64,000 bases of DNA from Macrostomum lignano (lineage: Eukaryota): contig NIVC01000899.1 in assembly GCA_002269645.1 (NCBI GenBank), positions 53,125 through 117,124 of the forward strand, given 5' to 3'. The notes under the pieces are model-generated. The model was not told the DNA's origin and searched no databases. It saw only the letters and a program-made list of their open reading frames with translations. Below, piece by piece: positions 35,701 to 47,856 of the stretch. Position numbers and translations under genes: made by a program. Position 1 is the first letter of the stretch. The number at the start of each line of letters is the position of its first letter.

Positions 35701-38700
35701 CACCTTGCGGCAGGGATGCACACGCGCGGGCCGCACGCACAGACGGGCGGAGGGGGTGGCCCTGTTGGCTAAAAAATAATGACAAACCGGCACAACTCAC
35801 CGACACAGCTTCTTGATGAGGTTCTGCGCGTTGCGGCCTACTCGGCGGGGAAAATCCACGGCGTCGATGCCCTTGAGGATGATGTTGTACGTCTTCATGG
35901 GGTCCGAAGCGACGAATGGCGGAGTACCAGTTAGCAGCTCGAAGATGAGCACGCCCAGAGACCAGAAGTCCGCAGACAGATCGTGGCCCTTGTTGAGTAT
36001 GACCTCCGGTGGCACGTACTCGGGCGTGCCGCAGAAAGTCCAAGTCTTTTTGCCGAAACCGATGCGCTTAGCGAAGCCGAAGTCCGTCAGCTTGCAGTAG
36101 CCGGTGGAGTCCAGCAGCAGATTCTCGGGCTTCAGGTCCCGGTAGACCACGCCCCGCCTGTGCAGGTAGGTCAGGGCCTCCACCACGCAGCCGATATAGA
36201 AGCGAGTCATTGAATCGTCGAAATGACCCCTGGAAAAAATCATGAAAGGGGATGCTAAATATTGAATAAATACTTGAACATCTGAGCATTCAGGTACTGA
36301 ACCGAATCAATTAATACAGCAATAATTCGATGAAAGCACTCGAAGGGTCTTAGCTAGCAAAAAGAAGATTGGATGCCTAGAAGAAGAAGTATTGATCGGA
36401 TATTAAATTAATCATTATTCAGAATACATCTATCAAACAAGTTTAGCTCAAGCTAAACAGCTCTAACTTGTAAAATCTACGGGAACGGAGCAGGAAAGGC
36501 AGCTAGCTGAGCTAACAAAATATTGCAGAGATTGACAGGCTGTTCAATCAAACACGAGGATAACAAAAATAAGATATGCTTGGCAAATTAATCTTTGTAA
36601 ATTTACGTTGGATTCGCATACGTCCGTTGGATTCAGATTCGCATAACCTTTTGCTTATTGACTGCTTTGAAGTTTTTCCTACGAACAAAATGTTTTGAAC
36701 TTTTTTCGCCATCAAAAACAAGCCCTTCTAGCAGCTGCCGCTTCATATTGCAGAGCTATGAGCTTCTGCTGCGGTGTTGAGCACGAACAGAGGCTCAGCG
36801 AATGCTTGTCTCGGTTGATTATGCAGTGCTTTAAGCTTGAAAAAAGCTCTTGCGAGGTAGGCCAAGACAGGCTGCTCAGAACGGAAGCGAACGAGTCTGA
36901 GAGGCTGCGGTGGCTTCCTTGGTGGCAAAATTTTACAGGCGGGAGTGGAAACACTTGGGGTATTTGTGCATGGGAATACTAAGTTGGTATTTCAGTCTTA
37001 CGGCTAAATTGAGGAGCAGGTGCTCATCTCACCGAAGAGATACTCCATCAAGAAGTGCATTGAGATGTTGTGAGTCCACTGTTTTGCTTCAAAAAGAGTC
37101 TCAAAGCTTAGCTTTATTACAAATACTTTTCTAAGCACGCTCACTCGCTCGTAACGATTCTGATGGAGCCATTGTATTGGCGATTTTAGGCCTGCACTGT
37201 AATCGCATTTAGTCATTCTCTGGGTCGCCTCCGTAGCTAATAACCCAGTCAATTTAATAGATTGAGAAAAAAGCAATACTGCCACAATGCAGTCCTTTCT
37301 CTTGTTGAAAGTACAAAAAATCAATACGAGTACAACTGTAGTTGCAGTTACAAAAGAATCTGCAACCAATTAATTAAATTAAGGATGACCGATAAATCTC
37401 ACTTGTCTCTGAGCACAGTCCAGAGCTCGCCTCCGAGGCAGCACTCCAACAGCATGTAGAGATATTTCCTGTCCTTGAAAGTTTTGTACAATCTGGAAAC
37501 AATGCCAATGTTCAGGAAGTAAAATCCCTATTTAAAATCAGAAAACGGCTAACTTAAAAGGCAGCAAACCTACTTGACAATAAATTCGCAGTTGGTATCA
37601 GCCAGGATGCTCCGCTCGTTCATCACGTGCTCCTGCTGGCGGGTCTCAACAATGTGCTGCTTTTTTAACTGCTTCAGGGCGAAGCTGCGATTGTTGTCGT
37701 TGTTGATGCGCACCTGTTCGTGCGGGCGTGGGGAGGGGCAGCTCGCTCCAGACGGATCATCAAAGGGATTAGAGGGAGCCTTGGTCCCTGGGCGAGGGCA
37801 TAATAGCTTAGATGGGATAAATAGAATCTCCTGCTTCATCTGCTAAATAACAGTTGCTCGCTTTTGCCGTTCGCCCTATCCTTCCTTTCCAGCCTTTTAA
37901 ATAAAGCCTGCTTTGACTTATAGATTTCAGATCTCGAGTCTGTCTAGCAATTGAGGCTTCGGGATGTTAGGAAGAGACATTTGAGCCAACGATTTACTTT
38001 ACATGTAGCGATTGTGCTCTAGTTTGCTACTCAAATGGACGTATGAATGTACCGAATTATACCTACAAAAACATGCTCTTGAATCTGGACTTTAAAGGGC
38101 CGTTTTGTATATAAACAAAAGTTTATAGACGTAACTAGAGATACCAGTCTAACAGCTAATCTTAACATAATTACTCTTACCAGTTCAACTCGGCCAAAGC
38201 CACCGACTCCCAGGGTTGCCACAATGTACAGGTCTCTGAGAGCCAGCCCGCGAAATTCTTCGGAGCGTCTAAAGAGCGTTGGAGTACATTGTTTGCTTGT
38301 TTCCGTGAATTTATTGTTGCTAATAGACTACTAGGATATAATAATATCCTATAAATATGGTTGATAATGAGACAACTATTCAGTTTTAAACTTAAAAAGC
38401 TATTTCTTAGCAGTCGTGATTATTTCGCAAAAAATTTACTCAGGCAACTCACTTGGGAGTCGTATCGTCAGAGTACTTTCTCTCCAAGATGATTAGGTCT
38501 CCAATCAACTGCTTGTAAGACCTAAAAGAGATTTTTAAAAGGCTGTAAATTTCTTATATTCAACTCCTTTCCACCCAGAAAGTTACTTCCCGTCACCCAC
38601 TGAGTAACTCGACGTCACTCCCAATCTGACTCGATGTCACTCCCAATCTGACTCGATGTCACTCCCAATCTGACTCGATGTCACTCCCTATCTGACTTGA

Positions 38701-41700
38701 CGTCACTCCCAATCTGACTCGATGTCACTCCCAATCTGACTTGATGTCACTCCCTATCTGACTTGACGTCGCTCCCAATCTGACTCGACGTCACTCCCAA
38801 TCTGACTTGACGTCACTCCCAGTCTGACTCGACGTCACTCCTTATCTGACTCGACGTCACTCCCAGTCTGACTCGACGTCACTCCCAATCTGACTCGACG
38901 TCACTCCCAGTCTGACTCGACGTCACTCATTAACTAACTTATTACTTACTCGCGAGTCAGCACGAGACAGTCGACGCCTTCTGGATCTTCAACTATGATA
39001 TTGGCAGTTCGCACGTCTTCGCTGAAACGAAATTGAGGATCGAACAAGCACAAGATTGTGCGTGCATTAGTGGCTTGGATATATGGGTAAGAATTTTAGA
39101 TTAATTCTAAACTATTTACTAATATACTAAACTAAACTAATCAGCGCCCCCCCCCGTTGGGGAGCCAACAAAAAATGAAATTTTTTGAATAAACTGCATG
39201 TAGCTTCTGACCTCAGCCTTGACATCTCAGCAATTCCCCCGTAAGCCTAGCAATTCTCAATGGAATCCTCTATGTTTGAAATGATGCTTCTTTTACGTCT
39301 GACATGACGCTTCTTTTACGTCTGACATGACGCTTCTTTTACGTCTGACATGATGCTTCTTTTACGTCTGACATGACGCTTCTTTTACGTCTGACATGAC
39401 GCTTCTTTTACGTCTGACATGACGCTTCTTTTACGTCTGACATGACGCTTCTTTTACGTCTGACATGACGCTTCTTTTATGTCTGACATGACACTTCTTT
39501 TACGTCTGACATGACGCTTCTTTTACGTCTGACATGACGCTTCTTTTACGTCTGACATGACGCTTCTTTTACGTCTGACATGACGCTTCTTTTATGTCTG
39601 ACATGACGCTTCTTTTACGTCTGACATGACGCATCTTTTATGTCTGACATGACGCTTCTTTTACGTCTGACATGACGCTTCTTTTATGTCTGACATGACG
39701 CTTCTTTTACGTCTGACATGACACTTCTTTTATGTCTGACATGACACTTCTTTTATGTTTTACATAATTAATTAGACGATTAGTTAGACGATTAAATGAG
39801 TGCAAAGGCTTGTCTGAAACTAAAAAATACTTCACTCAAGGATGGTTCAAAAAGGTACACGGAAATGGGGTGCGCAGAATCATGCTCTTGAAAGTAGGGA
39901 CAATAACGGGGACTTGCATTTCTTAGTTTAAGAGCTCGTATTGTTCAATCCTAAAATTCAAGGATAGAGACACTTTTACACCTTGCAAGCCGGTAGTACC
40001 TTAACACGATACTGTATCACCAATGACATTGCCTAACTTCTGTGCCGCGTGATAGCGTGAGTTAAGGGGGAGGAGGTTAACTGTTGCTGAGTGCGAGCAA
40101 AAGTATGAGACCCCAGACTCACTCGCTCAGCGCCTTCTCGCCGAACCAGTCGCCGCGGCCCATGTTGCGCAGGAACACGCTCTCCCCGGTTGCCGAATCG
40201 CGCTTCGTCACCCTGACGGTGCCCTTGGCGATGATGTAGAACGTGTTGCCTTTGGCACCTTGCCGGATGATGTACTCACCGTCCGGATAGTGGTCGGTCT
40301 CGAGTACGTCGGCCAGATTGCTCAACGTCTCATCGGGCAGCTCCTTGAAGGCTGGAACGCTGGAGTGGAGGCGAAATTGGGACTAATTACTTGCCAAACA
40401 TCATAAATCAAGGCAGGAGCGTAGCCACAGAACAAGGGGCCCTTGGTGCTGGCGCCCTTGGCGCCCTAATGAATGATCTTGGCTACACCCCTGAGTCATA
40501 CGACTCTGTCTTATTGCCTCAAGACAATATGCCATAAGAGAAATAACAACAAGCTTTCCAAAAAAGTCGAACTAATCTCGTAAAAGGTTTCGGTGGAGCT
40601 CACCTGCTGAGAAAGTCGATGTACTCTTTCTGCTTCAGCATGCCCGTCTTCATCATGATCGATTGGAAAGTCTGCCGATCGATAGCCCAGAGCTTGCAGT
40701 TGGTGATTGCTGCAGGAAAGGCCCAGCTCAGCATTATATCGAACTCATTTAAACTGAATATAAACATGCGAGATTTGCTCACCCTTAACTGTAGCCGTCC
40801 GCTTGCAGTTGTACAGAATGGCCAGCTCCCCGAATACTGTGCAGGGGCCGATCTCGTTGATTTTCTCGTCCTTTGTATTCGTCACCTCAGCTTTGCCCTC
40901 TGCAGTTGTTTCAAATTTATGAATTTTAAAGTTTGCCTCATCTGTTCAACAGGGATACACATCATGGACAGATTCCTCTGCTAGATCGAGTATCCCTGTT
41001 AGACAGAATACCACTGTTAGACAGAATACCTCTGTTAGACAGAATACCCCTGTTACAGAGAATACTCCTGTTAGACAGAATACCCCTATTAGACAGAATA
41101 CCCCTGTTAGACAGAATACCCCTATTAGACAGAATACCCCCATCAGACAGAATACCCCTGTTAGACAGAATACCCCTGTTAGACAGAATACCCCTGTTAG
41201 ACAGAATACCCCTGTTAGACAGAATACCCCTGTTAGACAGAATACCCCTGTTAGACAGAATACCCCTGTTAGACAGAATACCCCTATCAGACAGAATACC
41301 CCTGTCAGACAGGATACCCCTACCAGACAACAGAATACCCCTTTCAGACAGAAAAATACCCCCGTTGCATATTTAGACATGATTAAGTTCAGTGAGTACG
41401 CATCAGCTTTTTCCTATTCGACAAAACAGTGACAGCTCACCTTCCATGACGTAGACCAGCGATCCCACTTCGCCCAGCTTAATGATGAGGGCGCCAGTGG
41501 CGTGAGACAGCGGGTACATGTAGTCAATAATTTCGCAGATCTGTCCATTCTCCAGATTCTTCATAAACGCGTTCTCCATGATGGCTCGTTTGATAACTTC
41601 GCGGGTTCTGTGAAATTTATAGTTATGAAGCCGTGTGTAGCAATTAAATCGGTAGAGTCTTCATAATCTTACAGTAAATGAGAATACACTGAAAGCAATA

Positions 41701-44700
41701 GAGGCTAACGGCGCTGCTGCCTCCTGTCCCTCTTCCGCGCTCCGCAGGGCCCTGCTCAGACTCAACCGCAGGAACATCAGGCTGTCCTTGTGGCCCTATC
41801 AGCTCATGGCTGTTTTTCCAGTCATCGCTAACTCCAGGGGAATCTTCATCTGCCTCTCCGGTGTTGAGAATTCGGAGCACTATCTTTAAATGCCCCGCCT
41901 TTACTCACCTAACTCGGCCCAAACCCGGACCTCCCCGAAGTTTTCAGGCCCGAGAATTTCTGCCAGCTATTCCGTTATTTAATGGCATCACCAGAGACCT
42001 CTCTGCGCCGTACCGCAGCACTAGCTGTCCATGGTCGCCTGCGACGGCCGGAGCGGGGCCCCTCTACAGCAACGTCTAGTAAGAAGTCAGCAGACGGATC
42101 TCAAAAGCTACAATCTTGCCGGAGCCCCTCTACAGCAACGTCCAGTAAGAAGTCAGCAGACGGATCTCAAAAGCTACAATCTTGCCGGAGCCCCTCTACA
42201 GCAACGTCCAGTAAGAAGTCAGCAGACGGATCTCAAAAGCTACAATCTTGCCGGAGCCCCTCTACAGCAACGTCCAGTAAGAAGTCAGCAGACGGATCTC
42301 AAAAGCTACAATCTTGCCGGAGCCCCTCTACAGCAACGTCCAGTAAGAAGTCAACAGACGGATCTCAAAAGCTACAATCTTGCCGGAGCCCCTCTACAGC
42401 AACGTCCAGTAAGAAGTCAGCAGACGGATCTCAAAAGCTACAATCTTGCCGGAGCCCCTCTACAGCAACGTCCAGTAAGAAGTCAGCAGACGGATCTCAA
42501 AAGCTACAATCTTGCCGGAGCCCCTCTACAGCAACGTCCAGTAAGAAGTCAGCAGACGGATCTCAAAAGCTACAATCTTGCCGGAGCCCCTCTACAGCAA
42601 CGTCCAGTAAGAAGTCAGCAGACGGATCTCAAAAGCTACAATCTTGCCGGAGCCCCTCTACAGCAACGTCCAGTAAGAAGTCAGCAGACGGATCTCAAAA
42701 GCTACAATATTATGCATATTTGACATCGCTTTTGTTGAAAAGTTGCCTCATCTCGGCACAGGTCTTCATCCCCGAGTACCTGGCGCCCGCAACTTGCGCC
42801 CTCCGAACAGCTGAATGGTTGGCGATGGCGGTCGTGGACTCGCTGCTGACCGCTGTCCGCTTTACCCGAAGCTGCTGCGGCCTGCGCCACCAGCTGGCCG
42901 GAGCAGCGGCCGCTGACAGCCTTGGCGGGCTGATATCCGGCAGCTCTTACAGCAGCGACTGCAGCCGCTCGATCTGCTCCTGCATCCGCTCGATCAGGCA
43001 TTCCCGAGCGTCCAGCTCAGACTCGAGCTCGTCAATAAGCCGATCCCGTTGCTGAAGCTCCTGCAGCTTCAGTTGCAAGGCGAACTGCAACTCTCTGAGA
43101 GTACCCATGGACTGCGCTCACCTACAGCTCGAGAGCAGCTCGGCTACAAGACGCAAAAGCCTTAGCAGTTTTTCCCCGGCTGAGCCGTCCTCCTCTGACT
43201 CCTATTCCCTCCTGACTCTTCTCTCCACTCCTATGGCAGAGAAGCTGAGGATAGAGGGGAAGCGAGGAACAGAACAACTGCTGAGCTGAGCAGCACTTTC
43301 AATCTGCTTTAGCCGGGAGCGCCCGATTCACGTTTTAGGACTCTTTTATAAAGCCTTCGGTGGAAAGTCGAGAAGGTGGGCACCGCGCAGCACGAGGCGA
43401 ATTCGACGCCCCGAGCGCCTTCCTCGCTTCTTGTCTAATTCCCTCACTGTTCTCTCTCACTCAATGGAATTGAATTGCACTGGGAGTGCAGATGATTTTT
43501 TGAAGAAATTCTCTCTGAAATTGAAGTCGACGGCATGGCTCTTTGACGGGAAATGTTCAAGCAGTTGACTATGCATCTGCTTCAGGTGCATATATTCTGG
43601 CTTTACTGGCTGTGAGCTCTGACGCCCCTAACGGCCGGCAATCCCGCATGGTAGTCCCCTGCCCTTCCCACGACCTCCCCAGGGTCCTGCTTGGACTCAA
43701 CCGCAGAAACATCAGGGCGGTGACCACGGCCCTCTTAGGGAATGGCTGTTTTGCCAGGCAGCCATTGCTTCCAGGGAAAATTCGCGGTGAAAAAAAATCC
43801 TTCTGCCTCTCCGGTGCTAAAATGCGGAGCACTTCATCTGTGAATGCCCCGCCTCTGCTCAGGACAGGCTCCCCTACCTCAGCCCAAACCGGGACCTCTC
43901 CGACATTTTTAGGCCCGAGAATCTCTTCTAGTTCCTACCTAAGGGCCACCGGACGAGCGACCATCCACTTTCACCTCCTGGACTCTCCGGAGGGGGACCA
44001 CGCTGAGGAATCCGGCACCACCGGATTTCCCTGCGCGGCACCGCAGCACCAGCTGTGTGTGGTCTCCAGGGTATAGCGGAATGCGCGGCGGCGCCTCCCC
44101 GCTGCATCCGGGTGCCTGGAGCCCCCTGCAGCTGCTTGCTAATCAAAAACATAATAGTATGACTCAACTGACTTGTTGCAAGTTGCAGTAGAATAACGCT
44201 TAAAAAGTAATTTAGTGCAAAGTTTTTGACGGAGCAAAAGCTATAAATGCTAGTCACTTTATCTTGAAAAATAATAAAATCTTTGAAACTTTGAGGATAA
44301 AAACCAACCTGCAACGTACAAGACTTCGAAAACTAAAGCATTCTTAAAATAGCGGTCAATAAAATTCAGACGGACGGGAAGTACACTGTACAGGTTCCTC
44401 CTACTTCAGAAGTCCATGAAACGAAGCCGTGGAAAATAATTGTTGGAAAAAACACACGTTTTTTCAATAAACGCCCTGTACTCACTACTAGTGGCAGTAG
44501 GAGGTCATAGATTCACTCGATTTTAGCGAATCTCTCCTTGAAATAGGCTCTGCAGTACCCATGGTCATTTCTCTCCACTATCTTGTCGCACCAATTTTTC
44601 TTAATGAAATGCAGGTTTTCTGCTACTCAACTCTCTGCGCAATCACTATATTGCGCGCTTGCCTACATCGAAGGCAGAAAAGCGAGATTCTTGTGTCCGA

Positions 44701-45682
44701 CAAGACGGTGAAAAGGCCACTTTTTTGCATTTTTTTGCTATTGCCACTTTTTTGCTTGCAAAAAGTGAGGTTTGAACTTTCCTATCTTTGAAGCCTTTGA
44801 CACCAGGACACATGGACTAAGACTGGCTTCAAAGGACCCATCTCCTTATCTGCAAGCAGTCGCGCTCACTTCCATAGCGAAGCTACTGCACAAAGTTTTA
44901 TGTCTCTCTAACATTACTAGCCGTCGTAGATGTCGATCGATTTTATTGGCTTAATAGATATGAACATCATAAAATTTCAATAAAAGATACAACGAGCTTC
45001 ATTCAAGAACTTTACTGCGAAGCTTTCACTTTCGTTGGTCCCCTAGCTTTTGTCTATGGCCAAAACTGATGGATCTGTCTGGGAAAAAAGTCCTTGGTAA
45101 GAGTCCATGCAAGGTTGGACCATAGGCAAATCAGCCTCAAAAGCGCGCGCGCTAGCTTTTATAAAATATTCATAAAACCTAAGAAAAACCTCATGAGAAT
45201 ATCTCATGAAATTGATCCTGGCTTTTGTCAGTCTTTGTTGGGACCTATTTCGTGAGAAATTTACAGGATACAAGTTCCAATTTGACAAATGACAAGAGAA
45301 TAGTCTTTCTGAAAGTCTATCACAATCTATACGAGTAATATGGAGATATATCTACGATTCACCAATTGTGACGCCAATGAGACAGATCGATCCTCAATTA
45401 GCTGATTGGCACATTGTCTTACCGATCGTCCTTGGCGTGAGTCCGGCCCTCCGGCATGAGTGCCAGCGTGTCCTCATTCTGCGGCTCTGCCGAGATGCCC
45501 AAGCCCCGGTTGCGCCGGCACTGCGGCCCGTGCACTGGGGAGCCGCCGCTGCGGAACACGGACTGGTACTTGTCCAGCTGGGAGGCCAGCTCCGCTATGC
45601 GCCTGTCCTTGGCGCGGACCTCCGCGCGCAGTTCATCAACCTGATGGCGAAGGTCCTCGATCAGCTGTTGTCTGTCCGACAT
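26795..45682 (-). CDS. PRKG1: cGMP-dependent protein kinase (PKG I / foraging-like); 13 exons in the isoform using the distal first exon
   Basis: Exons (minus) 45682-45423, 41607-41441, 40899-40783, 40709-40604, 40359-40123, 39021-38950, 38521-38453, 38268-38181, 37713-37574, 37492-37403, 36229-35801, 34181-34052, 26890-26795. Leucine zipper ..LDKYQSV; pseudosubstrate GISAEP; [20 protein letters not shown]; CNB-B FGEKAL..RTANI; [37 protein letters not shown]; C-terminus [15 protein letters not shown]. Confidence 0.95.
26975..33815. repeat. ~58-bp satellite, about 118 copies (6.9 kb), in the last PKG intron
   Basis: Unit gtgacacgtagaaaaatggagtgacacacgcaggacatggttacacactgaggacaca with recurring variants. 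It lies between PKG exons 34181-34052 and 26890-26795. Confidence 0.98.
34453..34811 (+). mobile_element. tRNA-derived SINE copy
   Basis: Head ggggcgtagtccagtgg ... ggctcgattcc (34504-34514), shared central core at ~34585-34660. The 3' part matches 63814-64000 in reverse. Confidence 0.72.
34990..35110 (+). mobile_element. Partial copy of the same SINE family (central core only)
   Basis: gagggcc..caaggcac..ctgactgacgaaaacaaagtcagggccgctgtac matches the family core. Confidence 0.55.
35314..35773. repeat. Long near-perfect inverted repeat (foldback), ~220-bp arms and a 23-bp centre
   Basis: 35314-35532 is the reverse complement of 35556-35773, with mismatches only near the outer ends. Possible TA flanks. 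Confidence 0.93.
38608..38930. repeat. 22-bp minisatellite (ctcgacgtcactcccaatctga)
   Basis: Tandem units in a PKG intron. Confidence 0.92.
39285..39760. repeat. 23-bp minisatellite (ctgacatgacgcttcttttacgt)
   Basis: Tandem units in a PKG intron. Confidence 0.93.
40414..40493. mobile_element. Very short MITE-like element with 14-bp imperfect TIRs
   Basis: caggagcgtagcca ... tggctacacccctg. The termini resemble those of Harbinger-type non-autonomous elements (recall, not a search result). Confidence 0.4.
40995..41350. repeat. 21-bp minisatellite (acagaatacccctgttagac-type unit)
   Basis: Tandem units in a PKG intron. The IPLLDR ORFs are by-products. Confidence 0.92.
41735..41990 (+). mobile_element. 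Degenerate non-LTR retrotransposon ORF2 3' fragment
   Basis: Clearly related to 43600-43960 (ctcaaccgcag.aacatcagg, tgcctctccggtg, ggagcact, atgccccgcc, ggcccgagaat). Encodes [10 protein letters not shown] and a decayed EH..CPA zinc-knuckle-like stretch. Confidence 0.5.
42055..42708. repeat. 66-bp minisatellite, about 10 copies
   Basis: Period 66 (cctctacagc at 42061, 42127 and onward), in the intron downstream of the proximal PKG first exon. Confidence 0.95.
42780..43108 (-). pseudogene. PRKG1: Alternative PKG first exon (PKG-I-beta-like leucine zipper) with an in-frame TAA
   Basis: [37 protein letters not shown], then TAA at 42949-42947. The same frame continues to the pseudosubstrate-like [11 protein letters not shown] and a phase-2 donor at 42779 that matches the shared exon at 41607. 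Confidence 0.75.
43600..43960 (+). mobile_element. Degenerate non-LTR retrotransposon ORF2 3' fragment
   Basis: [22 protein letters not shown] followed, after a frameshift, by [10 protein letters not shown]. This resembles the CCHC C-terminus of RNase H-bearing LINEs (I/R1/LOA-type). Confidence 0.55.
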
Positions 45683-45864
45683 TCTGAAATTGGAGGGGAG
45701 GAGAGAGACAGGGCTTTATCATTAGAACAATCACAGCAACAACGGACGCAGCTATTTTCAAGCTATTGGGAGCAAGCTCTTGACTAATTTTGTGTTATCT
45801 TCAGCTAAAGCTTTCGCTAAAAGTCGCTAAAGCAATACAAAAAAGTTTCAACATTTTCGAAAGA

Positions 45865-46075
45865 TAAGCTAAGCCAGGTAAACGCGTCTGTCTCTCGCGC
45901 ACACGACCCCGGGTTCGAATCCGCGCGCGGCCACAATAATTTGGCGCTTCTTGTGCGACTCTCGCTTGTGAGGGCCGAACCCCAAGGCACAGAGAGTGTA
46001 CGTGCCTGACGATGAGAAAGCCAGTGCCGCTGTACACCCGGAGTGTGTGCGTGCTCAGGGTCAGCAGAATCGCCG
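45865..46075 (+). mobile_element. tRNA-derived SINE copy
   Basis: agctaagccaggtaaacgcg head, B-box ggttcgaatcc (45912-45922), then the family core. Confidence 0.75.
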
Positions 46076-47116
46076 TCACTACGTACATGTATCCTTTTGC
46101 AGGCTACGGGTCGCCTTGATTGGCGGTAAGTGCCAAAAGCCATCTGCAAGCTAACTTATTAACTAAACTAACTGAATAGGAGGTCACATATTGACGAAGC
46201 GGGAAAGAGTGCGAGTGACAGAACAAGCGCTACTTGGGAGGACTCGCTGCCGGAAAGTGCAATCCAGAAAATCCACTTCCTGAACTACATTTGCAAACTC
46301 TACACAGTGTGTCGCCTCACTTTGTTCTACCCGACATCGCGGACAGGAAGGACCAGCGCTCCTTCTTTTTGTCATTCGACATTCTGCCGCCGTCCTCCTG
46401 AGGAGCAGCAGATCGCAAATTGCAGTCAGTAAGGACAGAAAAGAGAGCTGGCTGGGAGTCACTCTTGAGCTGCCATTCTTTGCTAACTAGCAGTCCTTAA
46501 CGTTGATTAGGTTAGCCTTCTCGAAGGTGCTCAGTGAGAGGACTTGCTCTTAATCAGCGTTGCTTGGACTTCAAATTTATCGATGGCCCACTAGAGACGC
46601 TTTCACTGACAGGGCAAAAGCGGAATCTCTCATTCTCTGAGATCAGATTGACTGATCCGATATTATAGGCGAAGCAAAACGCTGTCACTAAGGGGGGTCT
46701 GGGGTTAGCAAATGGGAGGCCGGCCCACCAAAAACCAGCCATTGCGAGTGAGGTGGGGGTCTCAAAGACCGGACGGCCAACCACGCGATCTCAAGGACGC
46801 GGAGCGCACAAATTCATGGAGAGGGGGTAGAGGGCGAGGGCGAAAGAGACGGATGATGAAGTGGGCGATGAAGTAGAGTCGCTGCTCCGGCAAAATGTTT
46901 ATTTGGCTTTTTTCTCCCCACCCTTCTCCACTCCACCCCACCGAAGCGACGGCACAATAAGTGAGCAAACACTGTTAAAAGGCCCAGAGCAGGAATGGCG
47001 AGTGAGGAGTTATTCAGGGCTGACTCCATTGCCATTAACTGCCCTATTGGATACAGTGGGGCGCCAGCTGCATCTGACTAGTCTGGACTAAAAGGGAGAG
47101 ACTCCTCCCGAGCAGG

Positions 47117-47245
<129 letters not shown>

Positions 47246-47629
47246 GCGGCAGAGATGCGGGTCGCCGATAGGCGATAAGAGACTTGGGAACCGGCATAGC
47301 CTGCGAGCGATGCGGGCGCCGGGTCCATCCTGGAGGCCGGGGCTTCGGCCATCAAATAATCCCATCCTTGCTGAGCCAGCTTGCGCAAAGCCTTTGCTCT
47401 TCTCTCTCTCGCTCTAAAAAGTAGCTCGTTTCCCTTCCCCTCGAGAATCTGCTTGGGTGCCTCTTGTTTGCAGTGTTTTTACTGGCCCAGGCCTGGAAAC
47501 CTCAATTGCGTATCGGACGCTAGCTGGAATTGAAGGCGATAAAACTCCATCTAAGAGTGGGTCTTGATTAGCGCTTTGACCTGTGCGATTCGAGCATGCC
47601 TGCGACAATCATTCAATAAATATGGTGAA

Positions 47630-47830
47630 TGGTGGAAGGCACAGAGAGTGTACATGCCTGACGATTAGACAGTCAGGGCCGCTGTACACCCTGTGTGAGC
47701 GTGTGTCTAAGTGCGTTCCTGCGAACAGTATTGGCACGCTTGTATGCTCAGGATTCAGCGGATTGGGCAGAACTGTCTCAGCGCTGGTCGTAGGACAATG
47801 TCGTCGAAGGCGTTGTTCCAGGGTGCCCAA
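47630..47830 (+). mobile_element. 5'-truncated copy of the SINE family
   Basis: ggcacagagagtgtacatgcctgacgattagacagtcagggccgctgtacacc core. The 3' part matches the 6140-6330 copy in reverse. Confidence 0.7.
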
Positions 47831-47856
47831 AACTCCCCTGCAAGTATAAGATATTC

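Noticed and set aside
36001-36030. PPE instead of APE in the PKG activation segment
   Set aside because: This substitution is tolerated in many active kinases, and all catalytic residues are present.
41982-43055. 357-aa plus-strand ORF
   Set aside because: It consists of the 66-bp repeat plus the antisense of the PKG alternative exon.
45865-45930. Possible tRNA genes here and at 34453 and 48711
   Set aside because: A- and B-boxes are present, but I could not fold a complete cloverleaf and each runs into a shared repeat body, so they are SINE heads.
46000-46030. Hammerhead ribozyme core (ctgacga..gaaa) in the SINE
   Set aside because: In the other copies ctgac is paired in a stem and the GAAA and cleavage-triplet geometry is not conserved.
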